Below are positions 30,592-39,446 of a stretch of 64,000 nucleotides of DNA, one piece after another. Numbering within the stretch: position 1 is the first letter of the stretch; the number at the start of each line of letters is the position of its first letter. This DNA is from Deltaproteobacteria bacterium (GTDB lineage Bacteria; Myxococcota_A; Polyangia; DRWM01; JAAZOP01). The position numbers and the translations under genes are program-made. The notes below the pieces were generated by a model. It was not told the DNA's origin, did no database searches, and was given only the letters and a program-made list of their open reading frames with translations. The DNA lies in contig JACRCX010000124.1 in NCBI GenBank assembly GCA_016218815.1, forward strand, positions 1,427 to 65,426, written 5' to 3'.

Positions 30592-31866
30592 GTGATGGCC
30601 GAGAGGACGGCGGAGGGCCTGGGGCGGGAGTGGGCGGAGGATCCGCGGTGGGCGGGGATCCGGCGGACGTATTCGGCGAAGGACGTGCTGCGGCTGGGCG
30701 GGACGCTGCGGGTGGAGCACACGCTGGCGCGGTCGGGGGCCGAGCGTCTCTTCCGGATGCTGCACGGGGAGGGTTACGTTCCGGCGCTTGGGGCGTTGAC
30801 GGGCCACCAGGCGGTGGAGATGGTGCGTGCCGGGCTGCGCGCGATCTACATCTCGGGATGGCAGGTGGCGGGGGACGCGAACGGGGCGCTGGAGACGTAT
30901 CCGGATCAGAGCCTCTACCCGGCGGACAGCGTTCCGAACCTCGTGCGCCGGGTGAACAACGCGCTGCGGCGGGCCGACCAGATCGCGCACCTGGAGGGTC
31001 GGGACGGGACCGCGTGGTACGCGCCGGTGGTCGCGGACGGCGAGGCGGGCTTCGGTGGCATGCTCAACGTGTTCGAGCTGATGCGGGCGATGATCGAGGC
31101 CGGGGCGGCGGGGGTGCACTTCGAGGACCAGGTGTCGTCGTTGAAGAAGTGCGGCCACATGGGGGGCAAGGTGCTGGCGCCGGTGCGCGAGGCGGTGCTC
31201 AAGCTGAACGCGGCGCGGCTGGCGGCGGACGTTCTGGGCGTGCCGACGGTCCTCATCGCGCGCACGGACGCGGAGGGGGCGCGGTTGAAGATGGGGGGGC
31301 GGGATCCGATCGATGATCGGTTCGTGACGGGTCGGCGCACGCCGGAGGGGTTCCACGAGATCCGCGGCGGGATCGAGCTGGCGGTGGAGCGGGCGCGCGC
31401 GTACGCGCCGTTTGCGGACGTGGTGTGGTGCGAGACGTCGCGGCCGGACCTGGGCGAGGCGGAGGAGTTCGCAGCCGGCGTGCACGAGAAGTTTCCCGGC
31501 AAGCCCTTGGCGTACAACTGTTCGCCGTCGTTCAACTGGGAGAAGCACCTGGACGGCGGGGCGCTGCGGACGTTCCAGGAGAAGCTGGCCGGGATGGGGT
31601 ACCGCTTCCAGTTCGTGACCCTCGCGGGTTTCCACGCGTTGAACGCTTCGATGTTCGAGCTGGCGCGCGGCTACGGGGAGCGGGGGATGGCGGCCTACGC
31701 CGAGCTGCAGCGGCGGGAGCTGGAGTTGGAGCGGTCCGGGTACGAGGCGGCGCGCCACCAGGCGTTCGTGGGTGCCGGCTACTTCGACGAGATCCAGCTC
31801 GCCCTGACCGGGGGCGAGGCATCGACGACCGCCCTCAAGGGTTCGACCGAAGAAGCGCAGTTCTGA
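30592..31866 (+). CDS. aceA: Isocitrate lyase
   Basis: [11 protein letters not shown] catalytic motif, [35 protein letters not shown]. Confidence 0.97.
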   Translation: MMAERTAEGLGREWAEDPRWAGIRRTYSAKDVLRLGGTLRVEHTLARSGAERLFRMLHGEGYVPALGALTGHQAVEMVRAGLRAIYISGWQVAGDANGALETYPDQSLYPADSVPNLVRRVNNALRRADQIAHLEGRDGTAWYAPVVADGEAGFGGMLNVFELMRAMIEAGAAGVHFEDQVSSLKKCGHMGGKVLAPVREAVLKLNAARLAADVLGVPTVLIARTDAEGARLKMGGRDPIDDRFVTGRRTPEGFHEIRGGIELAVERARAYAPFADVVWCETSRPDLGEAEEFAAGVHEKFPGKPLAYNCSPSFNWEKHLDGGALRTFQEKLAGMGYRFQFVTLAGFHALNASMFELARGYGERGMAAYAELQRRELELERSGYEAARHQAFVGAGYFDEIQLALTGGEASTTALKGSTEEAQF

Positions 31867-31974
31867 AGTACCAGTTCCACGGTTCGTGACGACGCGGCAG
31901 CCTTCTCCGGACCTGGCGGGGAGAGGTGGAGAGGTCGGCCGGGGAGGTGGGGAAGGACCCGGTGCGGACGGCCA

Positions 31975-31990
31975 CGGCGCGCGGTTTGCG
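31975..31990 (+). promoter_or_regulatory. Candidate sigma-54 promoter
   Basis: CGGCGCGCGGTTTGCG fits GG-N10-GC with TTGC, ~75 nt upstream of ATG 32065. Confidence 0.35.
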
Positions 31991-32064
31991 TTGCCGACTT
32001 GGGGGAGTCGGAGTACACTCGAAATGCGTTCTTGTGTCCGCGGACCGTTCGGAGGGACGAAACG

Positions 32065-35000
32065 ATGAAGAAGATGGCATGGGTCGGGCTGGTCGCGCTC
32101 GCCGGCGTTTCGCTGTTCGCCTGCGCCGACGGGGGCGGTTCGACGAACTGGGACGTTCCTCCCGACGGGCCGGGCGACGTCGACGGCGGATGGGACGAGG
32201 GCGGGGACGCGGAGGACGCCGGGCCGGGCGACGCGGACGACGGAGACGGCGGGGACGGGTCGTGCGTGCCGACCGGGGACGAGCTGTGCGACGGGGTGGA
32301 CAACGACTGCGACGGGGAGACGGACGAGGGCTTCGACCTCGCCGCCGATCCCGACAACTGCGGGGAGTGCGGTCTGGTGTGCCGGCCCGACCACGCGACG
32401 GGCGGCTGCAGCGGCGGCGACTGCGACTACACGTGCGACGCGGGGTGGGTCGACGCCGACCACAGCGGCGTGAACGGGTGCGAGTACGAGTGCACGGGGA
32501 CGGCGAGCGCGGAGAGCACGAGCGACGGCACGTGCGAGGACGGGCTGGACAACGACTGCGACGGGCGCACGGACGGCACGGACGGGGACTGCGCGCCGTG
32601 CATTCCGGAGCTGTGCAACCTCGCGGACGACGACTGCGACGGGTTGACGGACGAGGACTACGACGTCGACTTCGATCCCGCCAACTGCGGCGCGTGCGGC
32701 ACGGTCTGCCCCGTCCGCGACCATGCGACGGCGGACTGCGTGCTGGGGACGTGCGACGTCCTGTGCGCGGCGGGCTGGTCGGACCTCGATGGTGATCCGG
32801 CGAACGGCTGCGAGGCCGAGTGCGTGCCGGTGTCGGTGCCGAACGAGGCCCGCTGCGACGGGGTGGACGACGACTGCGACGGCTCGACCGACGAGGAATT
32901 CGTCGGGACGTCGTGCGGCGAGGGGCTGTGCCGGCGCAGCTCGGTGTGCTGGAGGGGCGTCGAGAGCGCCTGCACGCCACGCACGCCGCCGGCCTCGGTG
33001 GACGTGACCTGCGACGGGCTGGACGACGATTGCGACGGCCTCACGGACGACGACGGGTCCTGCGAATGCCTGACCGACCTCGACTGCGACGACGCGATCG
33101 ACTGCACGACCGACACCTGCGTGCCCGGGGAGGGCCGGTGCGAGCACGTGGCGGACGCGACGAGCTGCTCGGACGGCGACATCTGCTCGGGCGAGGAGAT
33201 CTGCGACATCGTCCTGGGCTGCATTTCCGGTACGCCGATCGACTGTTCCGACGGCATCGGTTGCACCGACGACCTGTGCAACCCGCTGTCGGGCGACTGT
33301 TCGTGGAGTCTCGACCACACGTTCTGCACGGGGACGGAGATCTGCGATCCGCCGCGTTCCACGCTGCCCAGCGGCTGCGCGCCGGCCCCGACGTGCGCGA
33401 TCGATTCGGACTGCGACGATGGCGATGCGTGCAACGGCGTGGAGACGTGCGGCGGGGATCTGCTCTGCCGTGCGGGCGCGGCGGTGAGCTGCGACGACGC
33501 GAGGTCGTGCACGACCGATCTGTGCAATCCGGTGGACGGTTCGTGCTCGCACATTCCGCCGGACATCGATGCCGACACCTATCCGGATGCCGCCTGTGGC
33601 GGCACCGATTGCGACGACCGGGCGGCGGCGGTGCATCCCGGGGCGACGGAGGTCTGCGACGGCGTGGATCAGAACTGCGACGCCGACCCGGACGCCGGGG
33701 CCCTCTGTCCCACCGTGCCGCACACGTCGTCCGCGTCGTGCCTGGGCGCGCTGTGCGTTCCCAACTGCCTCAGCGGCTGGGGCGACTGCGACGGCATCCT
33801 GATCAACGGCTGCGACACGTCGCTGACCACGCTGACCAACTGCGCCGCGTGCGGCGTGGCGTGCGACCTGCCGCGGGCCAGCGAATCCTGCTCGACCGGC
33901 GCCTGCGTGATCACGAGCTGCGACACGCCGTGGGGCGACTGCAACAGCACGGACTCGGACGGGTGCGAAGCGAGCCTGACGACGCTGGTCAACTGCGGGG
34001 CGTGCGGCAACCCGTGCAGCCCGGACCACGCCACGGGCTCGACGTGTATCACCGGGGCCTGCGCCTTCTCCGGGTGCGGCTCCGGCTGGGGCAACTGCGA
34101 CGGCAACGGGGCCAACGGCTGCGAGCGCTCGCTGACTTCGGTCACCGACTGCGGGAGCTGCGGGACGCCGTGCGACCTGTCGAACGCCGCGGAGTCCTGC
34201 GCGACCGGCTCGTGCGTGCTGGTGAGCTGCAATCCCAACTGGGGCAACTGCGACGGCAGCCTGGGCAACGGTTGCGAGACGTCGCTCACCACGGCCGCCA
34301 ACTGCGGCGTGTGCGGGACCCCGTGCGATCTGGCCAACGCGTCCGAGTCGTGTTCCACCGGCACCTGCACCCTCAGCTCGTGCAGCACCAACTGGGGCAA
34401 CTGCGACGGCGTCGACTCCAACGGCTGCGAGCGGTCGCTGATCACGCTGACGGACTGCGCCACCTGCGGCACTCCGTGCAATCCGCTCAACGCGACCGGG
34501 GCCACGTGCGCGTCGGGCGCCTGCAATTACGCGTCCTGCAACTCGGGCTTCGGCAACTGCGACTCGAACCCGTCCAACGGCTGCGAGGCTTCGCTGCGCA
34601 CGCTGCTCAACTGCGGCACGTGCGGCGTTCCGTGCGATCTGGCGCAGGCGACCGAATCGTGCGCGACTGGCACCTGCGTCCTGACGACCTGCGACACCGG
34701 TTTCGGCAACTGCGACTCGAACCCGGCCAACGGCTGCGAGGCGACGCTGAACACGCTGCTCAACTGCGGCACGTGCGGCGTTCCGTGCAGCCCGGCCAAC
34801 GCCACCGGCCCGACGTGCGCCACGGGTTCGTGCACCTACGGGAGCTGCGTCGCGGGCTACCAGAGCTGTGATTCGAACCCGGCCAACGGCTGCGAGCGCA
34901 GCATCCGGACGCTCACCGACTGCGGCGGCTGCAGCGTGACATGCGACCTGGCGAACGCCGCCGAGTCCTGCACCACCGGCACGTGCACGCTCGGGGTCTG

Positions 35001-35877
35001 CGACGCCACCTGGGGAAACTGCGATTCCAACCCGTCCAACGGCTGCGAGCGGTCATTGACGACGCTCACGAGCTGCGGGGGTTGCAGCACGGTGTGCAGC
35101 CCGGCCAACGCCACGGGCGCGACGTGCGCCACGGGCACCTGCGACTACGCGACCTGCAACGTCGGGTTCGACAATTGCGACTCGAACCGGACCAACGGGT
35201 GCGAGCGCAACATCCGGACGCTTTCCGACTGCGGGGGCTGTGGCATCACCTGCAACCTGGCCAACGCATCCGAGTCTTGCGGGACCGGGACGTGCCAGAT
35301 CACCACCTGCAACGCGGGATGGGCGGACGTGAACGGTATCGCGTCCGACGGCTGCGAGTGCCAGCTCGAGGGCGGCGAGACGTTCGTCAACGAGACCTGC
35401 GGCACGGCGGCCAGCCTCGGCAGCATCCCCGAGAGCACGACCAGCACCTACTCGGCCATCGGCAAGCTCACGACCGCCGGGGACGTCGACTGCTACACGT
35501 TCACCGCCACCGACACGACGCCCAGCGGCCCGGGCGACATCCACCACGTCAACATCCACTTCACGTCGAACCCGGGCAACCAGTTCCGAATCGACGTGTA
35601 CCGCGCCGGCAACTGCGGGCTCAACGTCTGCCCGGGGCTGTACACGGTCGGCGACAGCTACGAGTGGTACACCGACTTCAACCGCACGACGAGCGGTTGC
35701 GTCGCCCCCTTCACGTCCTGCGGCGAGCTGAACTGCCAGGGGACGGCCGATCCCGGGGTCAGCGGCTACAACATCTGCACCAACTCCGGGAGCAGCTACA
35801 CGTTCTGCGTCTCGCGCCGTTCCGGAAGCCCGAGCTGCGACCAGTACACGGTCGAGTACAGCAACGGGGCGTACTAG
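32065..35877 (+). CDS. Large Cys-rich repeat surface lipoprotein
   Basis: SLFAC lipobox; ExCDGxDNDCDG repeats, CDDxxxCTxDxC repeats, ten ~51-aa GNCD..NGCE..L.T..NCG.CG units, distinct C-terminal domain. Confidence 0.88.
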   Translation: MKKMAWVGLVALAGVSLFACADGGGSTNWDVPPDGPGDVDGGWDEGGDAEDAGPGDADDGDGGDGSCVPTGDELCDGVDNDCDGETDEGFDLAADPDNCGECGLVCRPDHATGGCSGGDCDYTCDAGWVDADHSGVNGCEYECTGTASAESTSDGTCEDGLDNDCDGRTDGTDGDCAPCIPELCNLADDDCDGLTDEDYDVDFDPANCGACGTVCPVRDHATADCVLGTCDVLCAAGWSDLDGDPANGCEAECVPVSVPNEARCDGVDDDCDGSTDEEFVGTSCGEGLCRRSSVCWRGVESACTPRTPPASVDVTCDGLDDDCDGLTDDDGSCECLTDLDCDDAIDCTTDTCVPGEGRCEHVADATSCSDGDICSGEEICDIVLGCISGTPIDCSDGIGCTDDLCNPLSGDCSWSLDHTFCTGTEICDPPRSTLPSGCAPAPTCAIDSDCDDGDACNGVETCGGDLLCRAGAAVSCDDARSCTTDLCNPVDGSCSHIPPDIDADTYPDAACGGTDCDDRAAAVHPGATEVCDGVDQNCDADPDAGALCPTVPHTSSASCLGALCVPNCLSGWGDCDGILINGCDTSLTTLTNCAACGVACDLPRASESCSTGACVITSCDTPWGDCNSTDSDGCEASLTTLVNCGACGNPCSPDHATGSTCITGACAFSGCGSGWGNCDGNGANGCERSLTSVTDCGSCGTPCDLSNAAESCATGSCVLVSCNPNWGNCDGSLGNGCETSLTTAANCGVCGTPCDLANASESCSTGTCTLSSCSTNWGNCDGVDSNGCERSLITLTDCATCGTPCNPLNATGATCASGACNYASCNSGFGNCDSNPSNGCEASLRTLLNCGTCGVPCDLAQATESCATGTCVLTTCDTGFGNCDSNPANGCEATLNTLLNCGTCGVPCSPANATGPTCATGSCTYGSCVAGYQSCDSNPANGCERSIRTLTDCGGCSVTCDLANAAESCTTGTCTLGVCDATWGNCDSNPSNGCERSLTTLTSCGGCSTVCSPANATGATCATGTCDYATCNVGFDNCDSNRTNGCERNIRTLSDCGGCGITCNLANASESCGTGTCQITTCNAGWADVNGIASDGCECQLEGGETFVNETCGTAASLGSIPESTTSTYSAIGKLTTAGDVDCYTFTATDTTPSGPGDIHHVNIHFTSNPGNQFRIDVYRAGNCGLNVCPGLYTVGDSYEWYTDFNRTTSGCVAPFTSCGELNCQGTADPGVSGYNICTNSGSSYTFCVSRRSGSPSCDQYTVEYSNGAY

Positions 35878-35912
35878 CCTGGAGCGGTGGAGCGGTAGAG
35901 CGTTCGAGCGCT

Positions 35913-37358
35913 TCAGGCCCACCGGGGCGGCGGGACCCAGCCTCCGAGAGCCTTCTCGAGTTCCAGGGCCGTGGCGATCGTGAGGTGGTCGTTGCCGTGG
36001 ACGCCGACGACCTGGACGCCCAGCGGCAGGCCGTCGTCGGCCAGGCCAAGGGGCACCTGGGTCGACGGCAGCTCCATCACGTTGATCAGCGCGGTGTAGA
36101 GCCACTGGAACGGCGGCAGGAGCGGCCGATGGTGTCGCGGCGCCGTCGTGGGGTAGGAGGGGTAGAGCATCACGCCGTCGGGGCCGAGCCGAGAGACCAG
36201 TTCCTGGCGCAGCTCCCGCCCGCGCGCCACGTATTCAGCCTTCTTGTCGGGCAGCCACTTCGGCAGCTTCTCCAGGAAGGCCAGGCCGATCGCGGGGAGG
36301 GTATGGTCGGAACGGCGTGCGAGCCAGAGGAGCAGCTCCCAGGCCGCCGACACCTCGGTCCCGCCGCCCATCAGCGAGGCGAACGAGCGGCCGCCGGCGG
36401 CGGAGAGCATCGACGACCAGACGAGCATGGAGTCGCGCAGGGCCGGGATTTCGGCCGGTTCGACGCGCGCGCCGAGCCGCGCGAGCGCGCCGCAGGCGCG
36501 GCGTTGCCCTTCGAGCAGGTCGGGGGCGACGGACACGACGCCGTTGGTCTCGACGGAGAGCACGCGGACGTTCCGCCAGTCGACCCGCGCCGGATCGCCC
36601 AGGGGCGTCGGGGTGCAGCCTTCGTCGAGCCCGTCGGGGCCGGCCAGGATGCGCAGCAGCGGCCAGAGGTCCTCGGCGCGGCGGCACAGCGGTCCGGTCG
36701 TGAGGTAGCGCAGGGCGGCGTTCTCGGCGATCGGGAACTGGCCGCTGCCGGGGACCAGTCCGCCGGTCGGCTTGTGGCCGAAGACGCCGTTGAAGAAGGC
36801 GGGCATGCGGATCGAGCCGCCGATATCGGAGCCGAGGCCGAAGGGCGCGCCGCCGGCGCCGACGATCGCGCCCTCGCCGCCCGAGCTGCCGCCGACGATC
36901 CGCGCGGGGTCGTAGGGGTTGTTGGTCCGGCCGTAGACCCGGTTGTCGGTCTCCATCCACATGCACAGCTCGGACACGTTGGTCACGCCGAGCGGGATGG
37001 CGCCGGCGGCGCGCAGGCGAGCGACGGCGGTGGCGTCGCCGGCCGCGGGCCGGCCGACGCGGGACGGGAGGCCCGAGGTATTGGGCATGCCGCGCAGGGC
37101 GAAGCACTCCTTGATGGAGCAGGGGACGCCGAGCAGCGGCGGCAGCGACTCGGGGGGTTGCGTCCGGACGCGCTCGTCGGCCGCCCGCGCCTCCTCCCGC
37201 GCCTCGTCGAAGCGATCGCGCACCATCGCGTTCAAGGTCGGGTTCACCCGCCGGATCCGCTCGATATGCGCCTCGACCACCTCGCTCGACGTCGCCCGCC
37301 GCTCGCGGATCAGCCGGGCCAGCTTCGTCGCCGAGAACGTGCACCACGCATCTTTCAT
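35913..37358 (-). CDS. Amidase-signature family enzyme
   Basis: GVPCSIKE, GRTNNPYD, GGSSGGEG, GLGSDIGGSIR; ATG 37358 with GAGG upstream. Confidence 0.93.
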   Translation of the reverse strand: MKDAWCTFSATKLARLIRERRATSSEVVEAHIERIRRVNPTLNAMVRDRFDEAREEARAADERVRTQPPESLPPLLGVPCSIKECFALRGMPNTSGLPSRVGRPAAGDATAVARLRAAGAIPLGVTNVSELCMWMETDNRVYGRTNNPYDPARIVGGSSGGEGAIVGAGGAPFGLGSDIGGSIRMPAFFNGVFGHKPTGGLVPGSGQFPIAENAALRYLTTGPLCRRAEDLWPLLRILAGPDGLDEGCTPTPLGDPARVDWRNVRVLSVETNGVVSVAPDLLEGQRRACGALARLGARVEPAEIPALRDSMLVWSSMLSAAGGRSFASLMGGGTEVSAAWELLLWLARRSDHTLPAIGLAFLEKLPKWLPDKKAEYVARGRELRQELVSRLGPDGVMLYPSYPTTAPRHHRPLLPPFQWLYTALINVMELPSTQVPLGLADDGLPLGVQVVGVHGNDHLTIATALELEKALGGWVPPPRWA

Positions 37359-37411
37359 GGATGCCACCTCGCCCCCCGGATGCCTGGAGGAAACCACAGA
37401 GGGAAAGAAGA

Positions 37412-37440
37412 AACCACCGATGGACACCGATGAACACCGA
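37412..37440 (+). repeat. 10-mer periodic intergenic repeat
   Basis: AACCACCGATGGACACCGATGAACACCGA in a divergent intergenic gap. Confidence 0.85.
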
Positions 37441-37547
37441 CAGGGAAACAGGAAGGGGTGTGATCCAGGACCGGCGCGTTCTGCGTGGGTGCCCTCTTGC
37501 GCCTTGCATCGCCTCGCGGCAGGATTGCGGCGCGGAAGGAGGAGAAC

Positions 37548-39359
37548 ATGATGCGGTGGTGGATGGTGGTGCTCGCGGTGTTCGCGGTGCCGGGATGCAA
37601 GAAGGCGGCGAAGGGGCAGGATGCGGGGGAGGGGCCGGGAGGGGTCGCGGAGGTGGCGCCGCTGCCGCCGCCGCCCGCGGTGGATGCGGCGGCGGAGCAC
37701 GAGGCGCAGGCGACGCCGCCGACGGCGGACGCTTCCGTGGCGGAGGCGGCGGTGCAGGAGGGGACGATGGGACTGAAGGCTCGGCCGGACGTGGCGGATC
37801 GGGTGGCGCGGTACGCCCGGATGACGTTGGGCGCCGGCGAGTTGGGGAAGCTGGGCGAGACGGAGCGGGCGGTGCTGCACGAGCTGCGGCGGGCCGCGGA
37901 TCTCATGGGGGAGATCGCGTTCCGCCAGACCTGGACCGGCAATGCGGCGATGCGGGACGAGCTGTCGAAGATCACGGACGAGTCGTTCGGGCCGGCGAAG
38001 GAGCTGTTCCGGATCATGGGCGGCCCGTGGGATCGGCAGGACGACTACCTGCCGTTCCTCGGCGACGCCACCCATCCCAAGGGCTCGGCGTTCTACCCCG
38101 AGGACCTGACGAAGGAGGAGTTCGAGTCGTGGGTCTCGGCGCACCCCGAGGTGGCCGAGGCGTTCAAGGGTTTCTTCACGACGGTCGAGCGGCGGGACGG
38201 GGGTCTGGCCGCGGTGCCGTACTCCGAGGCGTACAAGGAGTTCCTGGAGCCGGCGGCGGAGGCGTTGCGGGCGGCGGCGGCGCTGGCGACGACGCCGGAG
38301 CTGGCGACGCTGAAGAAGTACCTCGAGGCGCGCGCGGCGGCGTTCCTGTCCAACGACTACTATCCGAGCGATCTGGACTGGCTGGACCTGGACGGCCCGG
38401 TCGAGGTGGTGTTCGGCCCGTACGAGACGTACGACGACGGGCTGATGGGGTACAAGGCGAGCTTCGAGTCGTTCCTGTGCGTGGTCGACCCGGCGGAGTC
38501 GGAGAAGCTTGCGAAGTACAAGAGCGAGGTGTCGTTCCTGGAGTCGAGCCTGCCGATCCCGGACGAGCACAAGAACCCGAACCGCGGGACGACGGTGCCG
38601 ATCACGGTCGTGGACGAGGTCTACGCCACGGGTCAGGCGGGGATCATGACGATCGCCTTCAACCTGCCCAACGACGAGCGGGTGCGGGAGGCGAAGGGCT
38701 TCAAGAACGTGCTGCTGCGCAACGTCATGCTGGCCAAGTACGACGCGATCCTGGTGCCGATTGCGGAGCGGGTGCTGCCGGCGGAGCTGGCGATGGCGCT
38801 GTCGTCCGACGCGTTCATCAACTTCGTCCTGTTCCACGAGCTGAGCCACGGGCTGGGGCCGGGGAAGATCGAGAAGAACGGCGCGGCGACCGAGGTGCGG
38901 ACGGAATTGCGGGAGCTGTACCCGACGCTGGAGGAAGCGAAGGCGGACATCCTCTCGCTGTTCGTGCAGAAGCTTCTGGCGGACAAGGGCGTGCTGCCGG
39001 CCGAGCAGATGGCGACGGTGCCGCAGACGTTCGTGGCGGGCATCTTCCGCACGGCCCGGTTCGGCGTGTCCGAGGCGCACGGGCAAGGGGTGCTCCTGCA
39101 GGTGAACTACCTGATGGAGAAGGGCGCGATCGTCGTGACGCCCGAGGGTCGGTTCGCGCCGGTGGCGGAGAAGTTCTTCGACGCGGTCCGGGACCTGGCC
39201 CACGACCTGCTGATGCTGCAGGCGACGGGCGACTACGACGGGGCCAAGGCGTTCCTGGAGAAGTACGGCAAGGTGGTACCGGAGGCGATGAACCCGTTGA
39301 TCGAGTCGTTGGGCGGCGGGCTGCCGGTCGACATCACGCCGCAGTACGCCGAGTTCTAG
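37548..39359 (+). CDS. Peptidase M49 (DPP III-like) lipoprotein
   Basis: VPGC lipobox; GPYETYDD, AFNLPNDE, HELSH, LEEAKAD, EAHG. Confidence 0.88.
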   Translation: MMRWWMVVLAVFAVPGCKKAAKGQDAGEGPGGVAEVAPLPPPPAVDAAAEHEAQATPPTADASVAEAAVQEGTMGLKARPDVADRVARYARMTLGAGELGKLGETERAVLHELRRAADLMGEIAFRQTWTGNAAMRDELSKITDESFGPAKELFRIMGGPWDRQDDYLPFLGDATHPKGSAFYPEDLTKEEFESWVSAHPEVAEAFKGFFTTVERRDGGLAAVPYSEAYKEFLEPAAEALRAAAALATTPELATLKKYLEARAAAFLSNDYYPSDLDWLDLDGPVEVVFGPYETYDDGLMGYKASFESFLCVVDPAESEKLAKYKSEVSFLESSLPIPDEHKNPNRGTTVPITVVDEVYATGQAGIMTIAFNLPNDERVREAKGFKNVLLRNVMLAKYDAILVPIAERVLPAELAMALSSDAFINFVLFHELSHGLGPGKIEKNGAATEVRTELRELYPTLEEAKADILSLFVQKLLADKGVLPAEQMATVPQTFVAGIFRTARFGVSEAHGQGVLLQVNYLMEKGAIVVTPEGRFAPVAEKFFDAVRDLAHDLLMLQATGDYDGAKAFLEKYGKVVPEAMNPLIESLGGGLPVDITPQYAEF

Positions 39360-39446
39360 GCGAGCGGTCGAGCGGCCGCGGCGGGCGAGCGGTCGCGAGG
39401 CGCACGATCGCTTGCTCCGGGCCTCGTTCCGGCTATCATTACGTCC

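Noticed and set aside
33760-35340. CxxC-rich repeats as heme or Fe-S sites
   Set aside because: CxxCG, not CxxCH, in a secreted lipoprotein; disulfides are more plausible.
39398-39416. Sigma-54-like GCGCACGATCGCTTGC
   Set aside because: Lacks GG at the required GG-N10-GC spacing.
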